From: Hydrolagus colliei
Lineage: Eukaryota
Direction of reading: 5' to 3'
Assembly: GCA_035084275.1 (NCBI GenBank)
Contig: CM068752.1
Coordinates: forward strand, 13,082,001-13,146,000
DNA: 64,000 bases
Part shown: positions 48,001 to 60,000 of the stretch, one piece after another
Position numbering within the stretch: position 1 is the stretch's first letter
Layout of the letters: every line of letters starts with the position of its first letter
The notes under the pieces: generated by a model
Told to the model about the DNA's origin: nothing
The model's database searches: none
Seen by the model: only the letters and a program-made list of their open reading frames with translations
Position numbers and translations under genes: made by a program

Positions 48001-51000
48001 CTTGTCAATCAGTGAGTGGGAGGAGGAATGGGGGAAGAAACAAGGGAAGGAATGGAGTCAAATCACAATTGATTGACAGCTGAATCTGCTTATAAAATGA
48101 CTGGAGTGACCATCGATTCACAAGCACCGCCAAGGCTGTTAAATGACCTTTGGGCTGCTACTTGATCTAGTATGCCATTGCTTAGAACGTCAGGGACACT
48201 ATACGCAGTGCTTGTTGGGGGTCGCTCGACCTGTAACCAGAGAGTGACCCCAAGTGTGTGAATTTTTTCCTTTGTAGAAGCCTCTCCCCATAAAGGGGGG
48301 AGCATCGGAGTAGTTTCCCAATGTCTGTTTTGGGGTTTTTGTTTTTTGGCCTACCATCCGGTAAGGAAAGGATGGTGGAGCTGGGATTAGCCCCTTTGTA
48401 ACTGCTCCCTGTAAATAAAGGCAGCAGTGCAGAGAAGCGAGGAGGCCCTGGCATAAGGGGATGTGGGAAATAGGCGTCGAGAATGCTAGGTTTTGGGGGG
48501 TTTTCTCCACAAAGGCGGTGGAAGGATGTTTTTTTTTGTGTGTGGTGATTGTTTTTTTTGTTTGTTTCGCGTGGGTACGGAGTCAGGGCCGATGCGGAAT
48601 GTCACGGGAGAAAAGGACTTAGGCGAATGGATGTGACGGGGAAAAGTTTAGAAAACAAATTATATGATTTTAATCAAATTAAAAATATATATTTGTTTAA
48701 AGAAAACCTTTGGGCTGCTACTAATTGACTACTTTTCCATTTGATGGGAATGTCAATGAGAGGGAGAAGGTGTCGCTATCACTCCTCTGCTGGGTGGGAA
48801 GAGGTAATGGTATTTCAGTTAATCCTGGATACCGCTTTAAATGTGACAAAATGCACAATCCTGATGTGTCTCACTTAACTGGTTTCCACTGTATTTGTAC
48901 CTTTTTCTTTAAGTTTGCCAAAGATGTTAGAAAAAAATAAGCTAGGTTTTCATTTGCAAAGGGCAATTTGAGTTCAGATATCTGAAGTTTTTCTTTACCC
49001 AGAAGTTAATTGATGACTGGATCAACTTTCCATGGAGGTTGGCTGAGGCTAGGTCATGGGAATCATTTAAAAACCACCACAAATACTTCAAATGCTGTTT
49101 GCACCAATCTAATGATTACGCATTTTACCTTATTGATCTGGTGAGCAACCTTAGTCTTTTATATTGTATTGTTGCATCTTGAACTATCCTTTAAAGTTTA
49201 TATCTGGTTTTCCCTTGTCTAACCTTGCCCACGTATCTCGCCACTGCCACTATTTCTATCCCCTGCCTGCTTTGACCCTCATTCATGCCTTCATTTTCTC
49301 CAGGCTTGCCTATACCAATGCTCTGTTCACTGACCTCTGTAGTACAGATCCTCTCCTAGACCAGTAATGGAGCACCTAACCCCAGCCTCACATAGCTCCA
49401 CTGGCTCCACATCTAGTGAATAAAGAATCTTATCCTCACATTCAAATGCTTCCATAGCCTTGCTCCACTGTAATTCTGTGACTAACTGTGATCCTACTAC
49501 TTCCTCTACTAAGTCTGCATCATGTCTCCAGAAATAAAAGGTGCTGTACAAATGTCATTTTGTTGTTGTTGTTGTCTCCTTCCCACTTTTTCTCTGCTAT
49601 TGGCTCGTGAGCTTTCATTCTTCCCCATTCCTCGAGCCCCATCTCTGAAATTCTATCCAAAGTCCCCCTGCCTTTCTGTCTTCCCCTAGTCTTCAAATAG
49701 CCCTGAACTCCTAATGCATTGGCCATGTTTTCAGCCAAATGTCCTCTCATTTTGTCAGGACCAACTCCAAGCTTTGACTCTGTCAGTTGTGTTACGGACT
49801 TGGAGACATCTTCCTGACGTGAAAGTTACAAATTGTTGTTGCTTATCCATTTCTATAGTCTATCAATTTCCTATCACTGTCTTTTATAGTAGTTGCCACA
49901 GTTTATTTTATTGTCTTGCTTTTCCTGAGGCCCATTCATAGCTCTTCTGACACCAGCTAATTCAGCATAGACTGAAACACCAGTCATGGAAACACAGAAA
50001 AAGGGATGACTATCACTTGGCTCAGTGATAGACCAAACAGTGCATTTCACTCTGAGCCACTGAGAGAAAGAACCATCTCAATTCTTTAACAATTAAGATT
50101 AGTAACATCTTCACAAACCTGATTGGAATTCGAAAATTCATCAATCATCATGGCTTGGGAATCATTTTTTGGCTGTTTCCCTGATGGAATAGAAAAGTGA
50201 ATAATTGGTACTTTTATTTTAAGATTGATCATTGAACAAAATTGAACGAAGCATTGTGCAGGAATGTAGAAGACCATCGTATTTAATTTGGAGTGTACCA
50301 AATATAAGTAATATCGATTATTGATCAGGATTTTTGATCAGGTAACCAACTAAGACAAGCTTTCACCTTGGTTGAGTAGAATGGAAGTGAGTCATTTTAT
50401 GGATATATGTTTAATCAGATATTAGACTGGGATCTGTAACATTGGCACAGAGGAGGGATAGACTTGACTTACTTTGGTTTAGTCGTTTTATACAGTACAC
50501 TAGCATCACGGTCAAGAGAAGGACCAAGACCACAATACCTCCGATAGATATTGATAGAAGGTTATCTGACCAACCTGCCAATGTAAATATTCAAATAGTT
50601 CTGATCAACACAGTGATAGCAAAGATTTGTAGCAATAAAATTGTTAGGATTATTACTCTTGTTATTATATTATGGATTAATATGAAGCAACACTATTAAC
50701 AAAACAAGAATAGCAAGTTTACGCTTGTATAGTCCTCTAAGGCTGAAAATCTTGGCAACTACATTAGAAGCAAAAGTGCATAAAATGGCCAACTTTGAGG
50801 TCATCAGGTCACTATTGATGCATCTTGCATGTGAGGGACAAGAAGCGCCCACTGATGTGATTTCCTTTACCAATTGGCATCAATGGTTTTTGTTGAATAA
50901 AGCGCACAGGAATTATTTCTGATCAGTCAGTTGTCTGACATACCGGTATGTGAAAACCCATCTCCATGTTTAGTATCTAACCCAGATGAAAGGCCTACAT

Positions 51001-54000
51001 GTGTATATTTCCTTTACATGAAAATGTCTTGGTATCTGGAATGGAATGTGAGCACTGTTAGAGGGAGAAGGAAGTGTCACTCTAATAATCTGCCAGATAA
51101 GCTTTTTTGACATTGGGAACATGACTGTAGATTAATTTTGAGCAGTTCAGCCAGTGACATTGATGTACCTCATTAAATTAAATACAGCGTAATCTATAGG
51201 TCTAACTTGCAGATTACTTAACACAGTTACTTACTCTGTTTAGACTTTGTTTTGCACCTTTTCTCTGAATAAACTTGACCGTATTTATTCTCAGCTCGAC
51301 ACGAAAAACAGAAACCTTCTAATGCTTGCTCAGCCAGGCTGTTAGACATAGTACCATTGACTTGGGTATTTTCCTTAGTCTTGGATTCAGTAAGATTCCA
51401 AATGATAGTTGCTGGAGGGTTGGCATCTGCAAAGCACTTGTAATTCAGTCCATCGTAATTAATGTTAACTTCACTAGGTCCATCTGTAATTGGAAATTAA
51501 CAAACATTTAAATCACATTTTTCACTCTTACCTTTATTTTCAGCCTTTTCGCTCCTCTCCTTAGACCAATATGGAGAATGTCTGTAAGTACAGTGAAATA
51601 TGCTGAACCATCGCTTAACCCTAGGAAAATTGAACAAAACCCTCGACTCTGATTCAGTTGTATATTTCCATGTATTTAATATGTTGGTTAATTTGGACAG
51701 AAATCCAGTTCATTCCGGGCTGGTCATTGTAGGATGTACTAACTCGTGCCTTCTTTGTGTCTATTGGCTCTTGGGTGGAGATGGGAGGAGTCTAAGATTG
51801 ACTGACTGTGGACTCCAGCCATTCACAAGCAGTAAAGGGATGAGGAACAGGGAAGAATAGGGAGGGAAATTGTGATTGATTGTCAGCCATCAGCCGCTTG
51901 ATGCAGCCTTGATATTGACACCATGGTAATAATATAAGCCATGTGCTGATATAAAACAGTGTTTTATTATCAGGAGTTCACTGTCGTCAGCCGCTTGTGA
52001 ATGGGCCGTCAATCACATCTGCACCACCGCTAATTGTTCTCCTTCCCCTACAATGGGATAGGCAATGGAAGGGAGGAACCATTGCTCCTCTGCTGGATGG
52101 GAAGCTATTTTGCAGCCAAACAACGTTAATCTGTTTCACCGAATTCTATGAGTGTACAGGATTTTAACTTTAACTCCTTATCTTGCAGAATCCTCCGCCT
52201 CATCCATCACCTGATTCAAGAGCTACCTCAAGGCACTCCACTATGACCAGGCTTTCGATTAACCTTCTTATAACCTGCTCTTCACTGTCCCCAATCCATA
52301 CCCCCCGAATATTGCCAGTCCAGCGTCTTGGGAAGTCCTCTCGACATGAATAGCACTATAGAACTGTAATTTTATTGTTAATAATAATACTCCTTGCATT
52401 TAATATAGCACTTTTCAGGTCTTCTAGACGTCTCAAAGCGCTTCACTGAATATAATATTCTGTGACTGTATATTTGTGGGCTCACGTAAGGCGAGTGCTC
52501 CAACTACCTGAGCTACAGGACTCCACAGGACTCAAAGTTTAAAGCAAGGCTGACAGTTTGGGGATTCAGAAGGAAGACATTTGGATTTAGACTTAAACTT
52601 TTCTCCTTGAATGTTTGACATTAACAATTCAGGACAATTAAATTCAGAGATCATTTTGAATTCAAAATTGCTGTAGTTAGTTAAAATACTTGTTGTCTGT
52701 TCTGTTTAGTTAGTTAACATTTTATTTCAGTTAATATCGAATGCCTCTTAGACCAGATGAAATGGTCACCCCGCTATATCTGGCTTAACCCGCTCCCACT
52801 CTATACACCAAGAGTGAGATGAACTCTAACTCTAATGTGGAATAATCCACTTAAAAACTGTTAACTAAAACAACAACACAATTACATTTGTAAAGTGTTT
52901 CATGTAAGGAGGATGTCCTGAGGTACTGAACAGTCATGGATCAGGACCAGAACCCATGTGTGCAGGGAAAGGTTGGGATAAGGAAGGGAAGATGGACTGG
53001 GATGGAGGTTCAAGGCACAGTCAAAAAGGAGGGTCTTGAGTCATGTCTTGAAGGAGGCAACAGAGGGATCAAGAGGTTAAAGACAAATACTCACATATGA
53101 TGTTGATGTCAGCTGCAGTGGTGTCATTTCCCTGTGAATTATTTACCATGCAGGTAAAGGTTCCCGAGTCCTTTCTGGATAATGTTCTGAACAACAGGAT
53201 GCTGTCTGTACTTTTGAGAGTTTCTGTTGTGTTTGTGTCTCTTTTCGTCTTGTACCAGGTATAAGTAGCTTGAGGGTAACTGTCAGTGCTGCATGTCAGT
53301 GTCATATTTTCAGCCCCCTCAATGATTTCCAAAGATCCATTTATTTCAATTGTTGTATTTTGGGGGGCATCTGAAATGTGGAGAGAACTGTAGATCAGTA
53401 CCATGTACTGTAGATTGGAGCTCTTCACTGTCACTGTGTCACACTCACAATCCCAATCTCAATCTCACTCCCTTCTCTCCCTCCATCCTCCACTAGTATA
53501 TCCCAGTAACATTGGGCATGTTCAAGTTATAAAAAAGAAGATTGAGAGGTAACTTGTTTGCTGTCATCAAGATTCTAAAGGGGCAAGACAATAAAGATCA
53601 TAACAGGCTCTTTCAACTTGTCCAGAATAGTAAAACCAGAGATTGTCTGTGATTGAAGGGGGTAAATTCAAAATGAATTTATGCAAACCCTATTACTTTG
53701 AGCAAATAGTGAATCTGTGGAACAGACTCTCTTGGGAGACAGTTAAAGCAGAAACTGATTTTTTACAAAAAAATCAGATTAGAAAATTTTAGGAAATATT
53801 ATTGCGGGATATACTACATAGCTAGTTTGGGACATATATGCACGCGACTGCCTGCCTTGAAGGCAAACTAGACAGACCTTGGTCTTTTGTCACCTAGCAT
53901 TAATTCAGTTATTTCTGAAGGTAAGAACCCCACAAAAAAATATATATATTTGTCCACTCAATCCACAAGTGTTTGTGGGATGCTGCTGTGCGCAATTGGC

Positions 54001-57000
54001 TGCCATGTTGTGTCCACAAACTACACATTCAATCCACATGACAATATATTCCACAAAGCACTTTCAGATGTCTCGACGGTTTGATAAATTGCAACATCAA
54101 AGGATTATCATAATACAGTACTATAATCTACTATCTTGGTGAATCCTAAAATATTGATCTGGGTTTATTGTTCAATCCCATTTATAATTGTATGCGTCTC
54201 TCTAAAGTCCTCCATGAGGCATTTTATCTTTGGAGTGAAGAGCCCCAATTTAACCAATTTGTTGCTCATTGTGCATTCCACGAACACTGGGAATTATCAG
54301 TGGACTCCAGCCATTCACAAGTGGCTCGAGTTGGGATGCCAATCAGTGAGCAGGTAGAGGAACGAGCAAGAATAAATTAGGGAAATTGTGATTGATTGGC
54401 AGCTGCTTGTGACTGGGCTGTCAATCACATCTGCACCACCACTGATAAAATAAAAATATATAATAACACCACCACTGATAAATCTCCCTCGCGTCCAATG
54501 AGACCATCAATTGGAATGGAGGAAATATTGATTCTCTGCTGGGTAGGAAGGTATTTTGATTAACTTCAGACACCCCTTAGGCTGGAAAATACAGCCACCC
54601 AAGCACACTTTGTTTTGCATTATTAACAACTCTTATCTCCAGTTTTGTTGCAAGTGCATCATCTGTTGTCTACCCCATTTTCTCCTTTGACTTCCTTGCA
54701 ATGCCATCCCACTCTGTTAACCCTTAAAAGACCCTCCCGACATGCCGTAGTTCTGACGAAGGGTCATGGACCTGAAATGCTGACTCACTTTCCTTTCTCC
54801 ATAGATGCTGCCTGACCTGCTGAGTGTTCTCAGAGACTTCTGTTTCGATCCCAGATAATGTCTGGCTTAACTGGCTCCCACTGTACCGATCAGGAGCAAG
54901 AAAAGCTCTCACTCTTAATCCACTCAGGAATAGTTAAAACAAAATACTCACACATGACATTGATGTCAGCTGCAAAGGTATCATTTCCCTGTGAATTATT
55001 TACCACGCAGGTAAAGGTTCCTGAATCCCTTCTGGATATTGTTCTGAACAACAGGATGCTGTCTGTATTTTTGAGAGTTTCTGTTGTGTTTGTGTCTCTT
55101 TTTGTCTTGTACCAGGTGTAAGTAGCTTGAGGGTAACTGTCAGTGCTGCATGTCAGTGTTATATTTTCAGTCCCCTCAATGATTTCCAAAGGCCCATTTA
55201 TATGAACTGTTGTATTTTGGGGGGCATCTGAAATGTGGAGAGAATTGTGTTGGAAGCAGCCATGATATTGACAACATGGTGATATAAGCCACATGATGAT
55301 ATACGACAGTGTTTTACTATTAGGAGTTCACTGTACAGTACATTGTTCCAGGATGTTGGAACCTCCCCCATTGTGATTGACTCCCTCACAGGATCCATCA
55401 GTGTTGTCTTGTCCCTGTAACTATGCTGGGGTATCATCCATCCCAGGGGATTTGTTGGCTTTGAGCCCCTTAAGCCTCTAGAATCTCAGCCTCACTTATG
55501 TTGAATTCTTGGAGTTCAAACAAAGTTTGCTGGGTGTGGGGATTGGGGCATGTCCTCCCTTGTAAACATCACTAGGAAATAGGTATTTGATGTTTTCTAT
55601 GCCCCAATTGTTCTCTTCGAGTTGATCCATTTCTGTTTGGATGGTTTGAGACTTTGGGGTAAAGTTCAGGAGTGTATTTCAGTTTGGGTTGTGCTAACTT
55701 GTATTAGTGAAAATAACCATCAGATGGCAGCACATTCCTTCCGGCAAGAGGGCATCATTTTCAGACAACATTGTCACCATATTTGATTGTTTTCTGAAAT
55801 TTGCACATTAACAATTTGGAGTCCCTAAAGTGGTTTCTTTTAAAATAAAGGGCCAAATCTACATTTCTCCCTGACAAAAAATGAACATTTTACTGATTGG
55901 GTACACTAGATATGAGACCGCCATGTCCTACAACCTGCTCTTGGGCTAACATTAAATCAAATACTTTGTTCTATGATAGAAATTCCTTTAACACACCTGT
56001 CTTGGTACAGACACTGTTTGGTGGGTTGAAATATATTAGATAGTGTTGTGGGGCAGCATGATATTAGGGGTTTACTCAGACCTATATGTTCGAGAGAGAA
56101 ATTAAATGATTTTGCAAGATTGGTGTGGACAACGCAGGCTGTTTGGCCCATATCTGATGTGGTCCCTCCAGAACCGATACCCTACCATTCTGCTCATCAC
56201 TGCATCAAGTTGCTTTTATAAATGAGTCCAGTGTCCTGGCCTCTACCACCTTTCTAGTCATAGATTATCCTCTGTGTAAAGAAAATCTTCTTGGTATCTG
56301 TCCTGACTTTTCTCTTGATATCTCTAAATCTATGCCCTCATGTTCTACTATTTTAGTGAATGCTAAAATATTGTTCTGGTTTTACTTTTTCAATTCCATT
56401 TAGAATTGTATACACCTCTCCAAAATCCTATCTGAGGCATTCATCCTTAGGACTGAAGAGCCCCAATTTAACCTATTTGTTGTTTGTCATAGCAAATCCC
56501 TCTAACACTGGGGATTGTCAGAAGGATTTGGGCTGCCAATCAGGAAGAAAGAGGAGGAATGAGGAAGAATAAGGGAGGGAAATCACGATTGATTGGCTGA
56601 CGCTTGTGAATAGGCTGTTGAATCACTTCAACAGCATCACTAATCGATCCCTTTCCCTACCAATGGGAATGTCAATGAGCGGGATGCAGTGCAGCTTCTC
56701 TGTTAGTTGGGAAGGTATTTTGGTTAACATATTATGTAGGACAAAACAGTTGTCCCTGGTATGCCTAGCTTAACCAGATCCCACTGGAAACACAAAGAGC
56801 CAGAAGAGCTCTCACTCTAACGTGGTATAATCTGCTTCAAGCCAAATACTCACACATGACATTGATGTTAGATGCACTGGTGTCATTTCCCTGTGAATTA
56901 TTTACCACACAAGTGAAGGTTCCTGAATCCTCTCTGGATATTGTTCTGAACAGCAGAACTCTGTCTGTACTTTTGAGAGTTTCTGTTGCGTTTGTGTCTC

Positions 57001-60000
57001 TTTTTGTCTTGTACCAGGTGTAAGTAGCTTGAGGGTAACTGTCAGTGCCGCATGTCAGTGTCATATTTTCAGTCCCCTCAATGATTTTCAAAGGCCCATT
57101 TATTTGAACTGTTGTATTTTGGGGGGCATCTGAAATGTGGAGAGAATTTTGTTGGAAACAGCCATAATATTGACAACATGGTGATATAAGCCACATGATG
57201 ATATAAGACAGTGTTTTACTATGAGGAGTTCACTGTACAGTGTTTCAGGATGTTGGAACCTCCCCCATTGAGATTGACTCCCTCACAGTATCTGTCAGTG
57301 TTGTATTGTCTCTCTAAATATGCCAGGGTATCATCCAACCAGGGGATTTGTTGGCTTTGAGCAACTTGAGCCTCTCTAGAACCTCAGCCTCACTTATGTT
57401 AAATTCCTGGAGTTCAAATGAAGATTGCTGGATGTTGGTGTTTGAGCATATTTTAGTGTCTTTCCTAGTAAATATCTTATTTGAGTTGATATGTTGCTGT
57501 TTGGATGTTTTGAGACATTGGAGTAAAGTTTAGGATTGTATTTAAATTTGGGTTGTGTTACCTTGTATTAGTGAAAATGGCAGCACATCTCCCCCACTTA
57601 GTGGGCTCCTTTTTTCAGACAAAATCATCACCATCTTTGATTATGTTTTTAAACTGTCACATTAACATTTTGCAGTTGCTAAAGTGGTTTATTTTAAAAT
57701 AAAGGGCCAAATCTACATTCTCCCTGACACAAAATGAACATTTAACTTATTGGGGAGCCTAGATATGAGACCCCCCATGTCTTACAACCTTTGCCCATTG
57801 GCTTGCCAAACATCAAATACAAAAACAGAACTCGCTGGGAACACTCAACAGGTCAGGCAGCATCTATGGAGAAAGGAAAAGTGAATCAATGTTTCGGGTC
57901 CACGTCCCTTTGTCTGAACTGGGGCATGTTGGGAGGGAGAGACTGTTAAGTACTAATAGAGAGGGAGAGGGAGCAGAAGGAAGACAAAGGAGTAAATGGG
58001 GTAGAGGGAATGAGAGGATAAATGTTTTTTTTAAGAAAAACACACACAAAAGGAGGGCAAAATGTGGGTTCTCCCTGACTGAAAATGAAGATTTTATTGA
58101 TTGGTTACTTACTTTAGTTATCAGTTCACTATGATGAATAACCAGCCCTTTGGCATGACAGACATCAAATCAAATATTTTGTTCCACAGTAGAAATTCCT
58201 TTGTTCCATTGGCAGAAATTCCTTTAATACAGGTATTAAAGGAACAGGTATTTCCTTACAGGTATTTTTGGGAAGGGAGGAGAGCATGAGGGGCTTGCTC
58301 AGGCCTAGACTTGGTTCAAGAGTAAAATGATTTCATCTAACAATATTGTTGTGAATGATGCAGCTGTTTGGGCCTTCTGATCTGGTTCCTCCAGAACCCT
58401 CACCCCACCATCACTGCACCAAGTTACTTTTTTAAATGAGTCCAATGTCCTGGCCTCTTCCACCTTTGCTGTTATTGATATTTCCTGTTGTTGAGCCCTA
58501 TAGCTCAGGTGTAAGCCACACATCTCGCAGCCACGGTTAGTTTCCCGGCAGTGCAAAACCATATGCAAGATTCCTTACTCGACATGACTAATAATAATTC
58601 CTTAAGAAATAAGATATTAATAAATTGTTCATTTCAATCCCCAACTGTTTGTGGGACCCTACTGTGTGCTATTGGCTACTGTATTTTGTCCACAAATATT
58701 CAGTCAATTTACTTCACAGTATATTCTATGAGGTGCTTTGAAATATCTAGAAAACTTGAAATGCGCTGTATCAAATGCAATGATTATTACCTTGATTATC
58801 CTTTGCATCAAGCATATCTTCCTGGTTTCTGTCATGACGTTTTCCTTGATAACTAGACATATGCACTCAGGATTCTGTCCTTGGTCCCCTCCTCTACAAT
58901 ATCTATATGCTCTGTCTCAGTAACATGGGGTCAATTTTCAAATGTATTTGGATGACACTCAACTGTATCTCTGCCTCCACCTTGACTCCAGGATCACTGG
59001 TATCCTAACAGAATATCTGTCAAACATCAATTCCTGGATAAGCGCTACATTTCTTCAGTTGAATGTCAACATGATCGAGGCCCTCCTGATTGACTCACAT
59101 CAGCACCTCCACACTTCAGATGCCGACACCATCACCATGAATGGATGTGAACTCCATCTCTCTAAGCCAGTCCAGAACCGTGTGCCTTGTTTGACCCTCA
59201 ACTATCCTTTCTAACCAACACCCATGCCATAACTTGCTCTGGCTTCCCCAACTTCTGCAATATCTTCCGTCTTTGCCACTGTCTCACAACACTGGCTGCT
59301 AGTACCCTCATACCCACATTCATAAAATCGAGGCTTGACTACGCAAACTCCTTCCTTGTCAGCCTCCCCAACTCATCCCTCCAGAGGATGCAGTTTGCAA
59401 ACTGCAGAATGCTGCAGCCAATGTATTCTACCACACCAGGACGCATGACACTATCACTACCATTGTCATTGGACTTCACTGGCTTCCCATCACGCAGAGG
59501 ATACAATTAAAAAATCCTGGTCCTCACTTTCAAAGCCCTCCATACCCTTGCACAATCCTACCTCTGTGACCTCCTTAACCCAACCATTGGCGGACAGGAT
59601 GCCATTCTGGTTTTCTGTCCCCACCTTCCTGTACTCCATCCTGCAGTCTTTCCCCCTTGCTCCTGCCATTGTGACATGCTTTTGATCACCCTCCTCCCAC
59701 TGCTTTTCTACACCCACAATGCCAAACACCAGCTTGGGTCAAAAATACTAACAGTATGGTGCATTGGGACGCCCTCCCAATGTGAAAGTCGATATGCAAA
59801 TGTAATTTTGCTATTGTATGTTGCATATCTTTAAAATTCTCTGAGGCATTTTCTCTCTGGACTGAAGAGCCCTATTTTAATGTATTGGTGGCTCATACAA
59901 TAACAACAACAACAACACAAAATTACATTTATGGAGCATCTTTCACGTCGGGAGGATGTTCCAAGGTGCTGAACAGTCAGGGGTCAGGACCAGAGCACTG

